DNA of 64,000 nt from the human T2T-CHM13v2.0 reference genome, Homo sapiens. Location of the stretch: assembly GCF_009914755.1 (NCBI RefSeq), contig NC_060943.1; one strand, 5' to 3'. Positions 21,891 to 55,084 of the stretch are shown one piece after another. Every line of letters starts with the position of its first letter. The first letter of the stretch is position 1. The position numbers and the translations under genes were made by a program. The notes below the pieces were generated by a model, which saw only the letters and a program-made list of their open reading frames with translations, was not told the DNA's origin and made no database searches.

Positions 21891-21974
21891 CTATCTCCAA
21901 TTTTTCTCCAGGAAGATTGCATTAATTTATACTACCATGAATAATGTAGGAGCGCATACATTTCTATATATGCT

Positions 21975-22618
<644 letters not shown>

Positions 22619-22656
22619 TGGGTTTTTTTTTTTTTTTTTTTTTTTCTAAATGGGTA

Positions 22657-23298
<642 letters not shown>

Positions 23299-23647
23299 CT
23301 AACAACTACCTCTGTAGAGCTCTTTGCTGTAAACACATTGCTTTCTTAATGCTTCTTGGGTAATTTCAGCATTGGGTTAGCCATTTGGAAAGTTATTAAT
23401 AGGCTCCATCCTAACTCTTATCAGGACAATCATCTCCTAATTCTAGGGCCTAGTTGTCTTTTCTGCCTGGAGAGCTCCCACAGCACCCACAAGGCATCAC
23501 TAAGATTCACAGGGTTAGGTATCTTTCCAGCAGCAGATCACCACAGAATTTTGGCATCACACATATTAAGAAATTAAAGAGCAAAAGTGCCTAGTTTAGA
23601 AACCAGTGATCCGCACAGAAATGCATGGTTCCTCTAAAAGGCCCTTA

Positions 23648-23945
<298 letters not shown>

Positions 23946-24165
23946 CCATAAAAGGCCCACAATTCAAACATCTGGTGTCCATTTAGGAAGCCAGTTGGTC
24001 ATAGCTGGGAAGGTTTTCTCCCATTCGATCGTAGGGTCTCTCCAAGTGCACATTCCCCACAAGGACATAGCCATAAAGAATACATGAGCAAAGTAAAAGA
24101 GAATCCTGGGAAAATCTTTCGTTTTTAACAATACTTATTTCATTATGGAAGTAACATACTCATCA

Positions 24166-24850
<685 letters not shown>

Positions 24851-24868
24851 TAGATAGTGTTTTTCAAT

Positions 24869-25400
24869 TGTGCAGCATCCATATTTCCTTTTTTTCCTGA
24901 AAGCAATGGCCTGATTCTCCCTTGGAAAACCACCCACCCCCTTGACTTTACCTTCCTCCTTCCGTGTGGCTGGACAAGACTGATTGCATCTCTAGCTCCT
25001 GGGGTAGGCTTTCCCCTTGGAAGAGTCCCATCCCCTGTCCTCTGAGATTGGTTGAAGGGTAAACGACCCACACTGAGCCAATCAGATAGTGCCAGGATTT
25101 TGAATGAAGCTGGCAGGAAAGAGATGAGCTTTTTCCATCGGTGTGGATAAACTTGAAAAAACTAAGCCTGGAATGATCGGGGTCTATGATGCCACCATGA
25201 GGGGAGAGCCTGCCTGAGAATGAAATCTGAGTGGAGAAATACAGACAGTGTCCTGACAATGTCCTTCAGTCATCTGAATCCAACTATGCTCGAAGCTAAA
25301 TCTATCCCTGAACTTTTCAGCAATGGGAGCCCATTGATTCCACTGTTGTTATTTTTGTTGAAGGCAATATGATTTCTATTTCTGATCTGGGCAACCAACC
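24869..25400 (+). mobile_element. MLT1K-like LTR
   Basis: GAGCCAATCAGA...GCCACCATGAGGGGAGAGCCTGCCTGAGAATGAA...CCTGAACTTTTCAG. Confidence 0.7.
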
Positions 25401-25651
25401 CATCCATCTTCCAAACCCAACCAAGGCATTTTTCTCTGAAGTCTTTTTTTTTTTTTTTCCTTTGCACTGGTATTTGAACTTTTTATGTATTTGAGACCAC
25501 AGTATTTCTGTATCTATGTATAGCTATAGATTATATTAGTTGGTCTTTGCAACAACAATTCTACATAATGGACTAATCTCAAAACTTCTTTTTCTTCTTT
25601 ACAGGTCTGGGAGTCAGCAGGTTTTGTAGCAGGTTCAGATTTGCCATCAGC

Positions 25652-25799
25652 ACTACCATGCCCTGTGATCAAAGTCAATGGAAAAAGAACCCAATTCAGG
25701 CAGGACTACCAATGTATTCGGTTGGTGGAAAATTAATTGTGGTTTTTGCCATTGAAAGTAACAGCCCAGACTCTTCAGGAGTGAAGGTTTGGGTCACCC
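25652..25799 (+). mobile_element. ERVL (HERVL-like) internal fragment
   Basis: CCATGCCCTGTGATCAAAGTCAATGG...GGCAGGACTAC...CCCAGACTCTTCAGGAGTGAAGGTTTGGGTCAC. Confidence 0.7.
25715..25761. mobile_element. Half MADE1 (Hsmar1 MITE)
   Basis: TATTCGGTTGGTGGAAAATTAATTGTGGTTTTTGCCATTGAAAGTAA: one TIR plus spacer. Confidence 0.8.
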
Positions 25800-25921
25800 T
25801 GTTACCGGAAAGGGGTCCCTATCCAGACCCCAAGAGAGGGCTCTTGGATCTCACACAAGAGAATTCAGGGTGAGTCCACAGAGCCAAGTGAAAGCAAGTT
25901 TATTAAGAAAGTGAAGGAATA
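25800..25921 (-). mobile_element. MER41 LTR 3' terminus only
   Basis: TGTTACCGGAAAGGGGTCCC..TCCAGACCCCAAGAGAGGG...GAAAGCAAGTTTATTAAGAAAGT. Confidence 0.85.
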
Positions 25922-26152
25922 GGCTGGGCAAGGTGGCTCACAACTGTAATCTCAGCACTCTGGGAGTCCAAGGTGGGTGGATCACCTGAGGTCAGGAGTT
26001 TGAGACCAGCCTGACCAACATGGAGAAACCCCATCTCTACTAAAAATACAAAAATTAGAGACAGGAGTTTCACTATGTTGCCCAGGCTGGTCTTGAACTC
26101 CTGGCCTCAAGCAATCCTCCCACCTTGGCCTCCAAAGCCACCATGCCCAGCC
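25922..26152. mobile_element. Fused inverted Alu left arms
   Basis: AAAAAT-TAG-AGACAGG junction at 26056-26058. Confidence 0.9.
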
Positions 26153-26251
26153 TCTGAGGAGCTTTATAATCACACACACACAGAGATGCTCCATCCTGCA
26201 TGGGGCTGCCCTGATTCCTGTTAAAACCACTAGCCTACAGATACAGTGTTT

Positions 26252-26567
26252 CTTTTTTTATTTTATTTATTTATTTATTTTTTTAGATGGAGTCTTACTC
26301 TGTCACCCAGGCTGGAGTGCAGTGGCACTATCTCAGCTCACTGCAACCTCTAACTCCCAGGGTTCAAGCCATTCTCATGCCTCAGCCTCCTGAGTAGCTG
26401 GGACTACAGGCGTGCGCCACCACACCCGGCAAATTTTTGTATTTTTAGTAGAGATGGGATTTCGCCATGTTGGCCAGTCTGGTCTCGAACTGCTGACCTC
26501 AAGTGATCCGCCTGCCTCGGCCTCCCAAAGTGCTGGGATTACAGGCATGAGCCACAGCGCCCGGCCC
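26252..26567 (-). mobile_element. AluS
   Basis: TSD CAGATACAGTGTTTCT. Confidence 0.93.
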
Positions 26568-26810
26568 AGATACAGTGTTTCTAACAGTGTGTCTCATCAC
26601 CCTTAGATATGCTGGGTGGTGGGAAGGCAGAGAAGGAAGGACAAAAGCCACTGCTTATTTCAATTACCTACCTTTCACCACATTGGTGAGGGGGGGATTC
26701 TTGCCCTAGTGTTATGCAGATGGCCAAACACATGCCTGACATGGGACAGATGAGACTGACAGCCATTTATTAGTTATTTACACTCACTGCCTGGAGAAAG
26801 GAGACACTGT

Positions 26811-27491
<681 letters not shown>

Positions 27492-28140
27492 ACAGCAGGG
27501 AACTGAAACCCTCTGCTCAGAGATAAACAGGAACTGTACCTGGTCCATTTAATAAAGAGAGCTGCTTGGCTTTGGGGTAGGGGTGGTAACTTCTCCATCA
27601 GGGCAGAGTAGGGAGGGGACTTTGGGATCAGTCATTTGAAGCCCTCCTGGTTTCACCAGCTGTCAAGGCAGCACATAACATTGAGCCTTAATTTTAGGCT
27701 TTGCACCACGTCGCTTCTGGGCATTATTTTTTAGCAAGTGTTATGGGGTGACAGAAAGGAAAGATAAAATATTCTCCCAGAGGGACGTTATTCATAATCG
27801 CTGTGAGTTGTACAGAAATCAGTATACGGTGTCTTTTTTTTTTTTTTTTTCTTGTCCAAGGAAACTAAACTCCAAACGAAGTGAAATAAAGTTGGAGAGA
27901 ACTTTAACCTCGCTGCCATGGAAACCACATTTCTCACTCATGGGGCAAAGAGGGTTTATGTGAGGATCTCCTGAGTCGATAAGGTATCTGGACATTGGCA
28001 ATTCCAGATATTTGATTAACAAGCAGGAAATCGTAAGGATTTCCTAAGATTGACTAGCCGAGGAAGGGAAGCTTGGGATAAAAGAAGTGCTTCTTTCAGG
28101 AGAGGCATTTCCTACCCCTTCATTCTAAACCAGGGCTCCT

Positions 28141-28706
<566 letters not shown>

Positions 28707-28826
28707 GTGTACGGGTGGCAGTGACCACCTCTCAGCCACAGGGTGACCCCACGGAATTTGTGCTGTTTTCCTCTAAACACAACAATTAGAACTCCCCAGG
28801 GGAAACGTTCTTGGGTAATGCCCTGA

Positions 28827-29713
<887 letters not shown>

Positions 29714-29885
29714 CTAGCATCTGAGATCAATGAATGCTAAGGACAGGAATCACACTCATGTCAGGAGGCACCAACAAGTCTTGATGCAGCCTTTAGTAAA
29801 ACCTGGGGACGAGAACTTTCATTTTGTGAGTTTCCTTTTTCATGTGGATTGCATTGTCTCTACTGCCTTCTTTGCTTTCTCTCTA

Positions 29886-31984
<2,099 letters not shown>

Positions 31985-32786
31985 CTACATGCCCCATTCT
32001 AAAGCTGGCCCCTTTCCAAGCACATGGATGCAAATGGGATAATGGCTCCCCCAGGGAAAATCAGAAGAAAGAGGCATGGATGCTGCACCCGCAAATGCAG
32101 CTGATACCCAGTCCACCTACACTAAGCAAGTCATTAAGGCTTACTAAAACATAGTGTTCGTACATTCAGAATAGAAAGTTACTGTAATTTATTGAGCACT
32201 CTATTTTGGTATTCCACCTAGAAGCCTGGCAGACACACAATACCTCCCAGCATTGCACACAAGTGTACACTGATAGTATAAATTTCCATAATTTCCTGGA
32301 GGAACATTTTGTCTTTGTGTTATCTTGAATTGGCCACGGTTTTCAACCGCTGTTCTTTTTGCTTAGCTAATGATAAATCACTGTTTAGCTTGTTATTAGC
32401 AATTTAATTTGTTGTGGGTTGTTTGGCAAATTCTACAGTGTTTAATAATACTCATTTGCATCAGCAGTATTTTTGGCCTATAATTGTTCAATAAATAGAC
32501 TTTAAGTCATGTATGCATTGAGCAAAAATAGAAATCATCTGTACTCTTATTGCTTAAGCAGATGTACCCACAATTCCCCAACTTTTAGAAAGCTTTTAGG
32601 ATGACATTCCATTTTTATCACCTACTTGTTTTTCTGCTGGAAAGTGGGAATGGGGGTGAAGCCTTAATTCCCTCCTAATTGGGCTGGGGGAAAAAATTTA
32701 GAGCTGATAACTTAAGAGAACTTTGCATATACTGGTTTTAGTACCTTGGAAAGTTTATGTGGTAGAGTGGCAGAGTATATGTTTTA

Positions 32787-33762
<976 letters not shown>

Positions 33763-34017
33763 ACCTTATTTTTCTAGAACTGAAAGTGATCACTAGTTCA
33801 AGTCCTCATTCTTCAAGAGTGGTGAAAAGTTCATCTCAGGTCAACTCGGAGTGCTTCTACCCTTTTCCTTGGTACCTTGGTGCTGCATCTTATTTCCCTA
33901 GGGCTTGGATGGTACCTAGATGTGGGAGACAGAAGGGTGAGATAAATTGCCAAGTCATTGCCTCCTTACAATGGCCTCATGGAGGGTTCCTCAGAATTGT
34001 GATGCTTGATTATTGGC

Positions 34018-34762
34018 TGCCATGAGTTGAACTGAGTCCCCCAAAAAGATATGTTTAAGTCTTAACCCCTAGTACCTCAGAATATGATCTGATTAAGGTT
34101 GTTACAGATGGAATTAGTTAAGATGAGGTTATATCGCAGTACGGCAGGCCCTTAATCCAATATAACTAATGTCCTTTTAAGAAAAAGAGGCTGGGCGCGG
34201 TGGCTCACGCCTGTAATCCCAGCACTTTGGGAGGCCGAGGAGGATGGATCACCTGAGGTCAGGAGTTCAAGACCAGCCTGGCCAACATGGTGAAACCCCG
34301 TCTCTACTAAAAATAAAAACATTAGCCGGGCTCGGTGGCATGCACCTGTAGTCCCAGCTACTAGGGGCTGAGGCAGGAGAATCGCTTGAACTGGGGAGGT
34401 GGAGGTTGCAATAAGCGGAGATCACGCCACTACACTCCAGCCTGGGTGATAGCACAAGACTCTGTCTCAGAAAAAAGAAAAAGAGACGAGACATAGAGAC
34501 ACAAGGGAGGAACACCATGTAACAAGGCAGAGATCCATGTGCTGCAGCTGAAAGCCAAGGAATGCCAAGGTGAACTGGAGGCAAACCACCAGAAGCCAGG
34601 AAGTGGCAAAGAAGATATCTCCCCTACAGGTTTTAGGGAACGTAGCCCTACAACACCTTGATGTCAGACTTCTAGCCTCCAGAAGTGTGCGGTGGTATAT
34701 TTTGTTGTTTTAAGCACCCAGTTTGTGCTACTTAGTTACAGCAGTCCTTGGAAATTAACACA
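34018..34762 (+). mobile_element. MLT1B/C LTR interrupted by AluSx (34189-34478)
   Basis: GTCCCCCAAAAAGATATGTT...AAGCCAAGGAATGCCAAGG...CAGACTTCTAGCCTCCAGAA...TTAACACA. Confidence 0.88.
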
Positions 34763-34973
34763 TCGCCCAATGGTATTCACTCCTAGATCCACTCTTGTTC
34801 TCACCACTTCAGATCTCCTAGATGTCTGAGCCACATCCTTCGTCCTAAGTCCATTTTCTTCTTTCAAAGTAATAGAATGGTGGCCAGGAACATGGCTGCC
34901 TAGGTTGACATTTCCCAGCCTCCTTTGCAGTCAGATGGAGTCACATGACTGAGTTCTCACCAATGGGGTGTGA

Positions 34974-35335
<362 letters not shown>

Positions 35336-35434
35336 GCAGCACTTTCTTCATAGTCTCTTCCTCCTTCCCATTGGCTGGAATTAAGACTTAGTGGGGATCC
35401 AGCATTGACCAGGCAGACAAAGCAATGCTGCACA

Positions 35435-35634
35435 ACAGGAGATTGTAAACATGGCTGCACATTAGAATCTCCTGGGAACTTTTTAAGAAAAAAGAAAAGA
35501 AAAAAGATAAAAACCATGTCCAGGCCCTATCCCAGACAAAATAAATCAAAATCTCTGAAGGTGGGGCCCAGGTATCAGTGTTTTTTTACAGCTTCCAGAG
35601 TGATTCCAAAATGTAGCTACATTGAAGACAATTG
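35435..35634. mobile_element. MER5 (hAT-Charlie)
   Basis: GGCTGCACATTAGAATCTCCTGGGAA...AATCAAAATCTCTGAAGGTGGGGCCCAGG. Confidence 0.75.
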
Positions 35635-35845
35635 CCTTAGAGAAGGGTAAACTGAGAACAGGAGATTGGAAACCTGAGTGACTTCCAGGAGCTGACTTGC
35701 TAACACGGACCATTTATACCAGGTTACCAGGTGAGGGACTCTGACTTCCCCAGAAAACAGACCACTCACTTTTATAACATTAACTTCCAAAACAAAAGCA
35801 ACTTTGATAAACTCAAAAACTGCATATTAGTTTATCTACAACTGA

Positions 35846-37874
<2,029 letters not shown>

Positions 37875-37964
37875 AATTTGGCTCCTTTCTTAAAGGTGAG
37901 AAAACTGAGACTGCATTCACCTATTTGTCATTCATTCAACAAATGCTTACTGGATATTGACAAG

Positions 37965-38200
37965 GGCTCACTGTTATTGAGAGCTAACTATATGTCAGGC
38001 ACTGTTCTGGACCGTTTTCAGATACTTACTCTTGAAACCCTCAAACACCCTTGTGATGTAGCCAACTAATGGGTAACATCTCTAGTTACCCTATTTCATG
38101 AATGAGGAATCCAAGATACAAAAAAGTAAAGTCCACACTAATAGTGGGTGGTGGAGAAAGAATTCAAACACAGGAATCTGATACCACAGGCACAATGCTA
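37965..38200 (-). mobile_element. MIR/L2 remnants
   Basis: TATTGAGAGCTAACTATATGTCAGGCACTGTTCT; CATTCATTCAACAAAT L2 tail just upstream. Confidence 0.6.
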
Positions 38201-38210
38201 CATTAGCTCA

Positions 38211-39985
<1,775 letters not shown>

Positions 39986-40154
39986 ATAATTGGAGCAAAT
40001 GCCATTCTCCATTCAAGACCCTTGACAGCTTTGGTGCCGTGAGGGTTGAGGAAGGTCACCAGTGAGGACCACTGGGCCCTGGCATCCGAAAAAGCAGGTC
40101 ACTCATGGAAAGCACTAGAAGCAGAGACGGTAGCAAGGAGACTGCCATTGGGAC

Positions 40155-40638
40155 TTTATTTTTTATTTTTATTTATTTATTTTTTGAGACAGGATCTCAC
40201 TGCGTCCCCCAGGCTGGAGTGCAGTGGCAACAATCTTGGCTCACCGCAATCTCCGCCTCCCAGGTTCAAGCGATTCTCCTGCCTCCCCAGTAGCTGGGAT
40301 TACAGGTGCCCGCCACCATGCCAGGGTTCTGTTTTGTTTTGTTTTTTGAGACGCAGTCTTGCTTTGTCACCCAGGCTGTACTATAATGGCACTAATGGCA
40401 CAATCTCAGCTCACTGCAACCTCCTCCTCCCAGGTTCAACTGATTCTCCCCCCTCAGCCTCCCAAGTAGCTGGGATTACAGGCACCTGCGATCATGCCCA
40501 GCTAATTTTTGTATTTCTATTAGAGACGGGGTTTCACTATGTTGGCCAGGCTGGTCTCAAACTCCTGACCTCAGGTGATCCACCCGTCTCGGCCTCCCAA
40601 AATGCTGGGATTACAGGCGTGAGCCACTGTACCCAGCC
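40155..40638 (-). mobile_element. Alu right arm plus full AluSx
   Basis: TSD TGCCATTGGGACTTTA flanks the pair. Confidence 0.9.
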
Positions 40639-41044
40639 TTGCCATTGGGACTTTAACAGCAGCAAATCTGTTATGAGCAAAGTTTTTCCTGGACACAAAT
40701 GAAACATCCCCCCGCCCGCCACACCGCAGAATCCTGCAACATAGTGTGGGAAGCTTGTAGCGAGGAGATGTTGAGGTCCTCCATGTGGAAAATAATGAGG
40801 TATTGAAATTCAGGCATTAATGTTAATGGGGCCCCATTTGTATGCAGTCTAATTGGGACTGGACTTTTTTGCTTTTAGGGTCGACTAACTGACCAATAAA
40901 TTCTAAATTTTGTTTACAAACTTTGGCTCAGGTTAAGCTCTGAATCCATTTGTCTCAGATACACTCTATTGCCCAGATAGTAAGTGAATGTATTAGCATA
41001 TAAATGAGATTTTGAAACAAAGACATCAAGATATTGAAGAAGCT

Positions 41045-41680
41045 GCATGCGGTGGTGCATTCCTGTAGTTCCAGCTACTCAGAATGCTGAGGTGGGAAGA
41101 TCACTTGAGCCCAAGAAGTGGACGCTGCAGTGGGCTGTGACTGCACCACTGCACTTCAGCCTGGGCGACAGAGCCAGACCCTGTCTCAAAAAAAAAAAAA
41201 CTGAACAAAGAGATTCAAGAAAACAATGGCTCAAATAAGAAACAAGTTTAACTCTCTCTCACCTAAGAATCCAGAAGGAGGCAGATGGTCTGACACAAGC
41301 AGGGGGCTCCACTGCACAAAGTCACCCAGAAACCCAGCTCTTTCCATCTCGCTGATCCATTATATCCAGGATATGTTTTCTTCCATATGCCACCCTGGCT
41401 CACGACAGTGTCCTTATTGGAGTCATCATGAAAGTAGTAAAGAGAAAAAGTAGAGAGCAAGCATTTCATTTTATGGAAGCAACACAGAAGTTACATTGTT
41501 TTTCCACTCATATTCTATTGCTGGGACCTTGTTCACATGGCCTTATATAGCTGCAAGAGAAGCTGGGAAATGTAGTCTCTAACTGGGCAACCATGTGCCC
41601 TGCTGATACTCAAGGGAGTTCTATTCCCAAAAGTAGGAAGAGGAGAGGGGTTTCTGGGACAGATGACAATGTCTGCCATG
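41045..41680. mobile_element. AluJ right arm (+41045-41200) followed by antisense MLT1J-like LTR
   Basis: CACATGGCCTTATATAGCTGCAAGAGAAGCTGGGAAATGTAGTC. Confidence 0.7.
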
Positions 41681-41739
41681 AGGGGACAGGAGATGAAAAA
41701 GAGGATGCCACAGTTAACTCACAATTATTTTTAAGAAAT

Positions 41740-42262
41740 AGTAATAATAGCTACCACTTATGTACAATGTACCAGGCACTATTCTAAGCATTTGTATCAA
41801 CTCCTTTAATCCTCAGCTCTCTGAGGTAGTTACTATTATTAATCCCATTTTGTAAACGAGAAAAAGACATAAATAATGTGACACATGTCTAATAAGTGGT
41901 ATAACTAGAGCGTTAAAACTCTTTAGTCAAAGCCTTAAGAAAATTCATTTTCAAACAGTGACTTTGGTCAGTGCAGTAGCTCGCACCTGTAATCCCAGCT
42001 GCTCAGGAGGCTGAGGTGGGAGGATCACTTGAGGTCAGGAATTTAAAACCATCCTGGGCAACATAGCTAGACCCCATCTCTAAAAATAATCTTAAAAATT
42101 AGCTGGGCATGGGGGCTTGCACCTGTTAGTCCTAGCTACTCAGTAGGCTGAGGCAGGAGGATTACTTTAGTGCAGGAGTTTGATGCTGCAATGAGTTATG
42201 ATCATGTCACTGCACTCCAGCCTGGGCAATGGACCAAGACCTCATCTCTTAAAAAAAAAAAA
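41740..42262. mobile_element. MIR (41740-41930) and AluJ (+41966-42262)
   Basis: AATAATAGCTACCACTTATG...CCAGGCACTATTCTAAGCA; Alu dimer. Confidence 0.8.
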
Positions 42263-43053
42263 GTGATTTTGCATTCACCTATAAAGTAATTATTTGAGGG
42301 AATGCAAAGAACGTTTTTAGGACTATGAAAAAGAAAGCTAGCAAAGCAACTGATTTCTAGTTTAGTGCAAGGAAGGCAAACCATTTACTGAATAGAGAAA
42401 AAAATATTCTCTCTAGTTTATCTCTAAAAGTAAATGCTTTGAGAACATAATCTATTTGCCCTTGGGATGAAGTCAGAGCAATTTCAATCTCAGGATCCAA
42501 TCTTTCTGCCAAATATGGTCTCTGTTACTAACCCTCTTGACTAGAAATCTTTGGGAGCCAAAGAATATTCCTTTCCTTTCCCTAATATACAGATGCTGAG
42601 AGCAAACGTCTGTCTCCTGGGAATCCTGGCAGGAAAAAATCTAAGATTTTTTTTTTTTTTTTTTTTTTGCCACCAAGCTACTTTGGGAATTAAGATCATT
42701 AAAGACTAATAGCAGCTGCTACGTACTTAGCAAATGGAGCTAATCAGACTTCCACAAGTGGGGAAGTATCTAAATACACCACTGCTGCTAAATCCCAGTC
42801 TTGACTGTGGTGATATCCATTCCCCTCCTGACCAGGTAATTAGAAAGAACTGGATAATCACTTTAGCAAAATAGCAGATGCAGTGATATATCACACCTGT
42901 CCACAAGCTGTGTGGCAGGATAAAAGGTGAAAAGTGCCTCTGAGCTGAGAAATATCACAGTAAAAATGATGCATCATAGAAGCTGAAATTCACAGAGCCA
43001 GCCCCTGTAAGAAGTACCTGACACAGGAGCAGTGGAGACTCACAGAGTGGGTA

Positions 43054-43955
<902 letters not shown>

Positions 43956-44034
43956 GGCACAGGGATGCCTGATTGGAAACTACGTCTCCCAGCCTCTCTT
44001 GGGGCTGGGTGTAGCCAGATGAGTAAGGTCTTGC

Positions 44035-44734
<700 letters not shown>

Positions 44735-44895
44735 TTGCCAGTGGAATGTGAGCCAAAGTGATGAGTTGCTTGCCCAAGTACTGGAACATAGATGTGCCTG
44801 AGACCCAGTGTCAACCTATTAAATGAGGACAATACCCTAAGTAATGACCTAGCAGCAAGATGAGAGGAAGCAGGATCCCAAATGACTGTGTGTAA

Positions 44896-46220
<1,325 letters not shown>

Positions 46221-46709
46221 CTAGTCTCAGGTATCTAAATGACAACCAATAATAGCTTCCTAAAAATGTTTTGCCCTTTCTGTACTGTTCCCTTCTCCTG
46301 GAAATTAGTTGAATTCATATATTCAGTTTTCTTAATAGGCAAATTCTCTTTCAAGCTTTGAATTTCTCCTAGGCAGGTGTCACGCTTCCAAGGAGCAGTT
46401 ACCATGAAATTGTGAAATATGATGCCACTTTCTGGAGATCTTGTGACAGCTGTCTCACCCTCTATCTTTTCTTACTCTGGCTCTGTAACCCAAAATAACA
46501 TTCAATGAGGCTTCTTGGGAAAGGTGACATGTCATTCTGTGCTGTTTCAACAGGAAACATTGACTACAATAAGAAACACCCTCAGCCTGGAGAGATATTA
46601 TAATCAACAGCAAAAAACCATTTCAGCACCCAAAACACTTGGGAAATGTATCCTTGTTGCAAACCCAACTTCAGCCTGAAAAATCATCGCATTCTAAAAG
46701 TAAACCAAA

Positions 46710-48710
<2,001 letters not shown>

Positions 48711-48799
48711 TTATCCACACACCACTCAACATTCACTCGCAAGAGCGTCATTCATCACTTGCACCCAGAACCAACACCAGCAAAAGAAATAAAATCTCA

Positions 48800-49304
<505 letters not shown>

Positions 49305-49319
49305 TTATTATCCTACTAT

Positions 49320-50560
<1,241 letters not shown>

Positions 50561-50593
50561 TTATCCAAGCCAAATAATATGTCTTCTCCTTGA

Positions 50594-51341
<748 letters not shown>

Positions 51342-51489
51342 TACAACTCTTATAGCAATGTTGCCTTCAAAGGCAGTTTGGGCCACGTGCCATTTTTGCC
51401 TCTGTCCCTGCCTTCTTAACCTACACCCTGTAGAAGGTGCAACTCCACTGTAAGAACAACTGCAGCTCCTCAAATATCCCATGTGCTGC

Positions 51490-51793
51490 CTACATTTCCC
51501 AGTATCCCTTGCGCTTTGATTAGCATCATGTGATTAGTTTTGGCCAATGGGCTGTGAGCATAAATGATGCATGCCATTTCCAGACTGAGGCAGTGAAAAA
51601 CTGGCATTCCTCCTCTCTCCCTCTTCCCCCTGCCCAATAACCTTGGAAACCATATGTTCTAGATGGGAGAAGAGGGCTGGCCAACCTATCTCAGACTGTG
51701 TATGAGTGAGAAATAAGCCTTTGTTTTATTAAGCCACTAGATTTCAGGACTTAACTATTGCAGCAGCTGGCATTCCTTAGTCTAACTAATACC
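51490..51793 (+). mobile_element. MLT1I/J-like LTR
   Basis: CATGTGATTAGTTTTGGCCAATGGGCTGTGAGC...GAGAAATAAGCC..TAAGCCACTAGATTT...CTAACTAATAC. Confidence 0.7.
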
Positions 51794-51998
51794 CAAGGAG
51801 AATCAGAACAGCCATTAATAGGAACTACCAAAACTCTGCAAGTTGAATGCATGTCCTGACAGTTCCTTTGTCCTCAGCTCAGTACTGAGGTTATCTTTGG
51901 CAAAGTTCTCCATCACTGATTTTCTTAGGTCAGATTCTCCCAAAAGCAGTCCCTGAGACAAGGATCTGGGTGCAAATAATTTATTAAGAAGTGTTCCC

Positions 51999-52630
<632 letters not shown>

Positions 52631-52801
52631 TCAATAAGGGGATGGTGGGGAAAGCAGGACAGGGAAAACAAAGAAGCAAAACAAACATTCAATACCAAGT
52701 GAAGTTTCACACCCAGACTGTTCCAGCCAGGGACCCCTGGAGCGCAAACTATACCCCAAAGCTGGTCCCACCTAGAGACAAAGGAGAAGGGCTTTGGACC
52801 C

Positions 52802-53828
<1,027 letters not shown>

Positions 53829-55084
53829 CCCCTAAACCTATTGATGATTGGCTGCCAGGGAAGGTTGAGCAAGGTAGGCTCCAAGGCACTCTGGCCCTCC
53901 ATATGGGCAGGGCAGCTCCAGGGCCCAAGAACAACCTCTGAAGGTCACAGGTGTGAGCAGGTAGCATGTAAGCATTAAGAAACCAGGGGATGGATGCACT
54001 GAGGTGGGGTGAGGTCCGGGTGTGGCTGCCCACACTGCCTGCTACTCTGATGCTGTATCAGCAAGAAACAGCTTATACATTTCTGTTGTAATGGGGGAAG
54101 CAAACTTTAATCATACATCTGCAGATTTCTCTCACTCTACGCCAGCCTGCAGATGTCTTCTGCTAGAGTTAAAAATTTCCACGGAATTATCTCCAATCTC
54201 CTCTCACAGCCTGGTAATTTGGCCAAAAGAAATCCCAGATGTTTCAAAGAATCCCTAATAGTGACTGTAGGGCTTTGATTTCTCCTCATCCAGTTGGTCC
54301 CAGGGCACTGCCAAGCCCTGGTTGGTGTCCTTGTCAAATTGCTCCGAGAGTGAGCAAAAAAACGGAGAAACTTGTGCCCAAAACCCAATCAAGCATTTGT
54401 CTTAAAAGCACACTCGCCTTGAAAGCCAGCCAACTTCTGTGAAATAGAAAAGAATCCATTTTCTGCTTCTATTTCTTGGCCCTTGAACAGGCAGTGACTC
54501 AAGACTCAAGTCAGTGGTTGGTGCAGCTGCAATGAGACATCCGTCAGTGAGCTGGCATCTCTGACAATGGCGTGTGCCCACAGAGAGGCTGTGACTCAGG
54601 AGGGCAGGTGGCACTCCATGATCCCCCAAAGCAGCCAAGCCAGGTGGGGTGCCAAGCATCCCAGGTGCTCCTGAGCTGGAAGACCGACAGTTTTCTACCA
54701 GTTGAAGTCGTGTTTGGCAAAGAAACCGTTCAGCCCTTTAACAGATATTGACAGCCTGCTAGTTTCCAAAATGGGGTCAAAAGATGGAGATTCTCCTTTG
54801 ATGGTGTCAGCGGGTGCATAATGGATGTGTGGATGTTCTTTGTGCTCAGAAACGTCTGCCGTTCCATCCAGTTGCATGCTGAAGGGAGGTGGGGAGCTGC
54901 CAACTCCTCCACGACCCATTTCAAAGTATTAAAAGAATTGTTAGCAATTCCAGGTTGCTGGTGAAAACATCTCCTTGGTTTTCTTTCCCCCACTTCAAAT
55001 CACAAACCAACCCAACCATTTCTAGAATACACAGCTCTACTGGGGTCCTATTCCATGTGCTATAGGAGACTGCAAAACAAAGTC

